A DNA stretch of 36,495 bases from Octopus bimaculoides. Lineage: Eukaryota. The stretch lies in the NCBI RefSeq assembly GCF_001194135.2, contig NC_068981.1:180043310-180079804 (forward strand). Reading direction: 5' to 3'. The translations under genes and the position numbers were made by a program. The notes below the pieces were generated by a model that did no database searches, had not been told where the DNA came from, and was given only the letters and a program-made list of their open reading frames with translations. Below, one piece after another: positions 35,061 to 36,495 of the stretch. Within the stretch, counting starts at the first letter, position 1. Each line of letters starts with the position of its first letter.

Positions 35061-35794
35061 TAAGTACCCAATCTTTCCCTACTCTTCATGGTACCTCGCA
35101 CTAGTTTTCAGATTAATCTATGAAGATAAATATGGTTATCGTTAATGTCTTTCGTAGTCCAGATCGAGTAGCTCTATGTATTATCAAAGACACATGATAT
35201 GAGGATGACGTCACTACTATTTCTCTCAAGCCAAGTACCCGAACGAGAGCACATTCAGTTTGTTATTTATGCGAAGTTTTCGGATCCCTGATTGCAATGA
35301 TTTGTCTCTGAGAACGTTTACTGCGCGTAAAACATAGTTGGCAAGTATAATTCTAGTATGCGTTCTGTGTAAAACATATAAAATATACAGTTTCACGAAT
35401 TTTGAAAGGAAAGCGTTTACCAATAACCTAAAAGCTGTTGCTGCAATAGAAGTGACTCAGAGATAAAGAAGAGGGGCTGGTTTTTAGGTCATTTAAAGAA
35501 ATATACTGTTTCCCGATATGATAATTTTTCCGATAATAATCCGAAGGAACTAGATTAAATGTATATTGAGATTGAGATAGTATAGCATTTCTTCCTTCAA
35601 CTTTTGCCAAAAGGATTCCTGCCTTCTGACGATGTGTCTTATAAAACACAATTATTTTCTGATTCATTATAGACATCTATTCCAGTATTCTCTTCGTACA
35701 GTGGTCAAAGGAGTCAATATGCTAAAGCAAAATCGAAAGATGTTTATAACCATACATTTGTATATATATATATATATGTGTGTGTATGTGTATG

Positions 35795-35825
<31 letters not shown>

Positions 35826-35866
35826 NNNNNNNNNNNNNNNNNNNNNNNNNNNNNNNNNNNNNNNNN

Positions 35867-35930
<64 letters not shown>

Positions 35931-36384
35931 AATATATATACATCCAGATTGAGAGAATAGAGCAGGTAAAATCTAGGCTAAATATGTATCTTAGCTAGCA
36001 GATACTCGGAAGTAATAATTACTCAACGAGGAGTACTCCACTAGCTACTCATCAGGCCCTATGTCGGTATATGTGGTATATATGCTTCCATCTAAGTGAG
36101 CGGCTATACAGAATTTAGAACATTGGCCGAGTATCCCGTACAACAGCAGCGATTCTATAGATGGACATTTCAACCTCTGATCAACACCCTAGACCTGAAT
36201 AATAATAGAATGATCTGTTTTCAATTCCAAATTAAGAAGAAGAAATAATTTCCTTTGCCAATTGCGTATAGCCTGGGAATCGACAACGCTTAAATTTCTC
36301 ACCACCCTATATCCGAGCATTTTTACTTAGTCCTAAATTGCAGTATTAGTTTAGGCACAATGGCAATTTTTTTTTTTTTTTTTT

Positions 36385-36495
36385 ACAGACGGAACAGTTG
36401 ATACAGTCGATGCCGGTTAATTATATATTTTATCGATCCTGGAAAGACGAAAAGTATAGTTTATCTCGAAAGGGTTGAGCCCTGCCGAGATCGTA
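36385..36495 (-). mobile_element. Decayed SINE family 2 fragment
   Basis: cagtcgatgcc...tattttatcgatcctggaaagacgaaaagtatagtt parallels family 2. Confidence 0.45.

Noticed and set aside
35626-35655. CUGACGA followed by a perfect UGUGU/ACACA stem
   Set aside because: No GAAA, stem III or stem I follows.
711-35998. Dozens of long ORFs in the ORF track (poly-[13 protein letters not shown])
   Set aside because: They are produced by N gaps and dinucleotide microsatellites, which lack stop codons.
36020-36060. Minus-strand CUGAUGA with a GAGUA/UACUC hairpin
   Set aside because: No GAAA or cleavage triplet in the required position.

Overview
Gappy (about 6 kb of N in 18 gaps), very AT- and microsatellite-rich animal genomic DNA. 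The repeat families look octopus/cephalopod-like; this is an inference from recall and was not checked against a database. I found no credible host-gene exon, RNA gene or CRISPR array, and almost all ORFs in the track are artefacts of N-runs and simple repeats. The window is a transposon graveyard: RTE-, CR1/L2- and Tx1-like LINE fragments, two tRNA-derived SINE families, two DD37D (maT)-like and one Tc1-like DNA transposon relics, and an unclassified ~540-bp element anchored in (TAA)n. Two signals stand out. (1) Up to seven different Penelope-type minimal hammerhead ribozyme motifs occur in about 30 kb of called sequence, at 674, 2793, 4784, 11248, 14211, 26822 and 29423. Each has its own stem III sequence (a perfect palindrome at six loci, near-palindromic at 29423), four have unusually long stem II domains (32-109 nt), three sit in inverted-repeat (pLTR-like) structures and several lie near GIY-YIG-like coding remnants. 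(2) A SINE variant carrying the 3' tail of the neighbouring Tx1-like LINE appears to have inserted twice at the same site in the A-box region of an older SINE of its own family, suggesting self-targeting. All structures and translations were read by eye and need computational confirmation.
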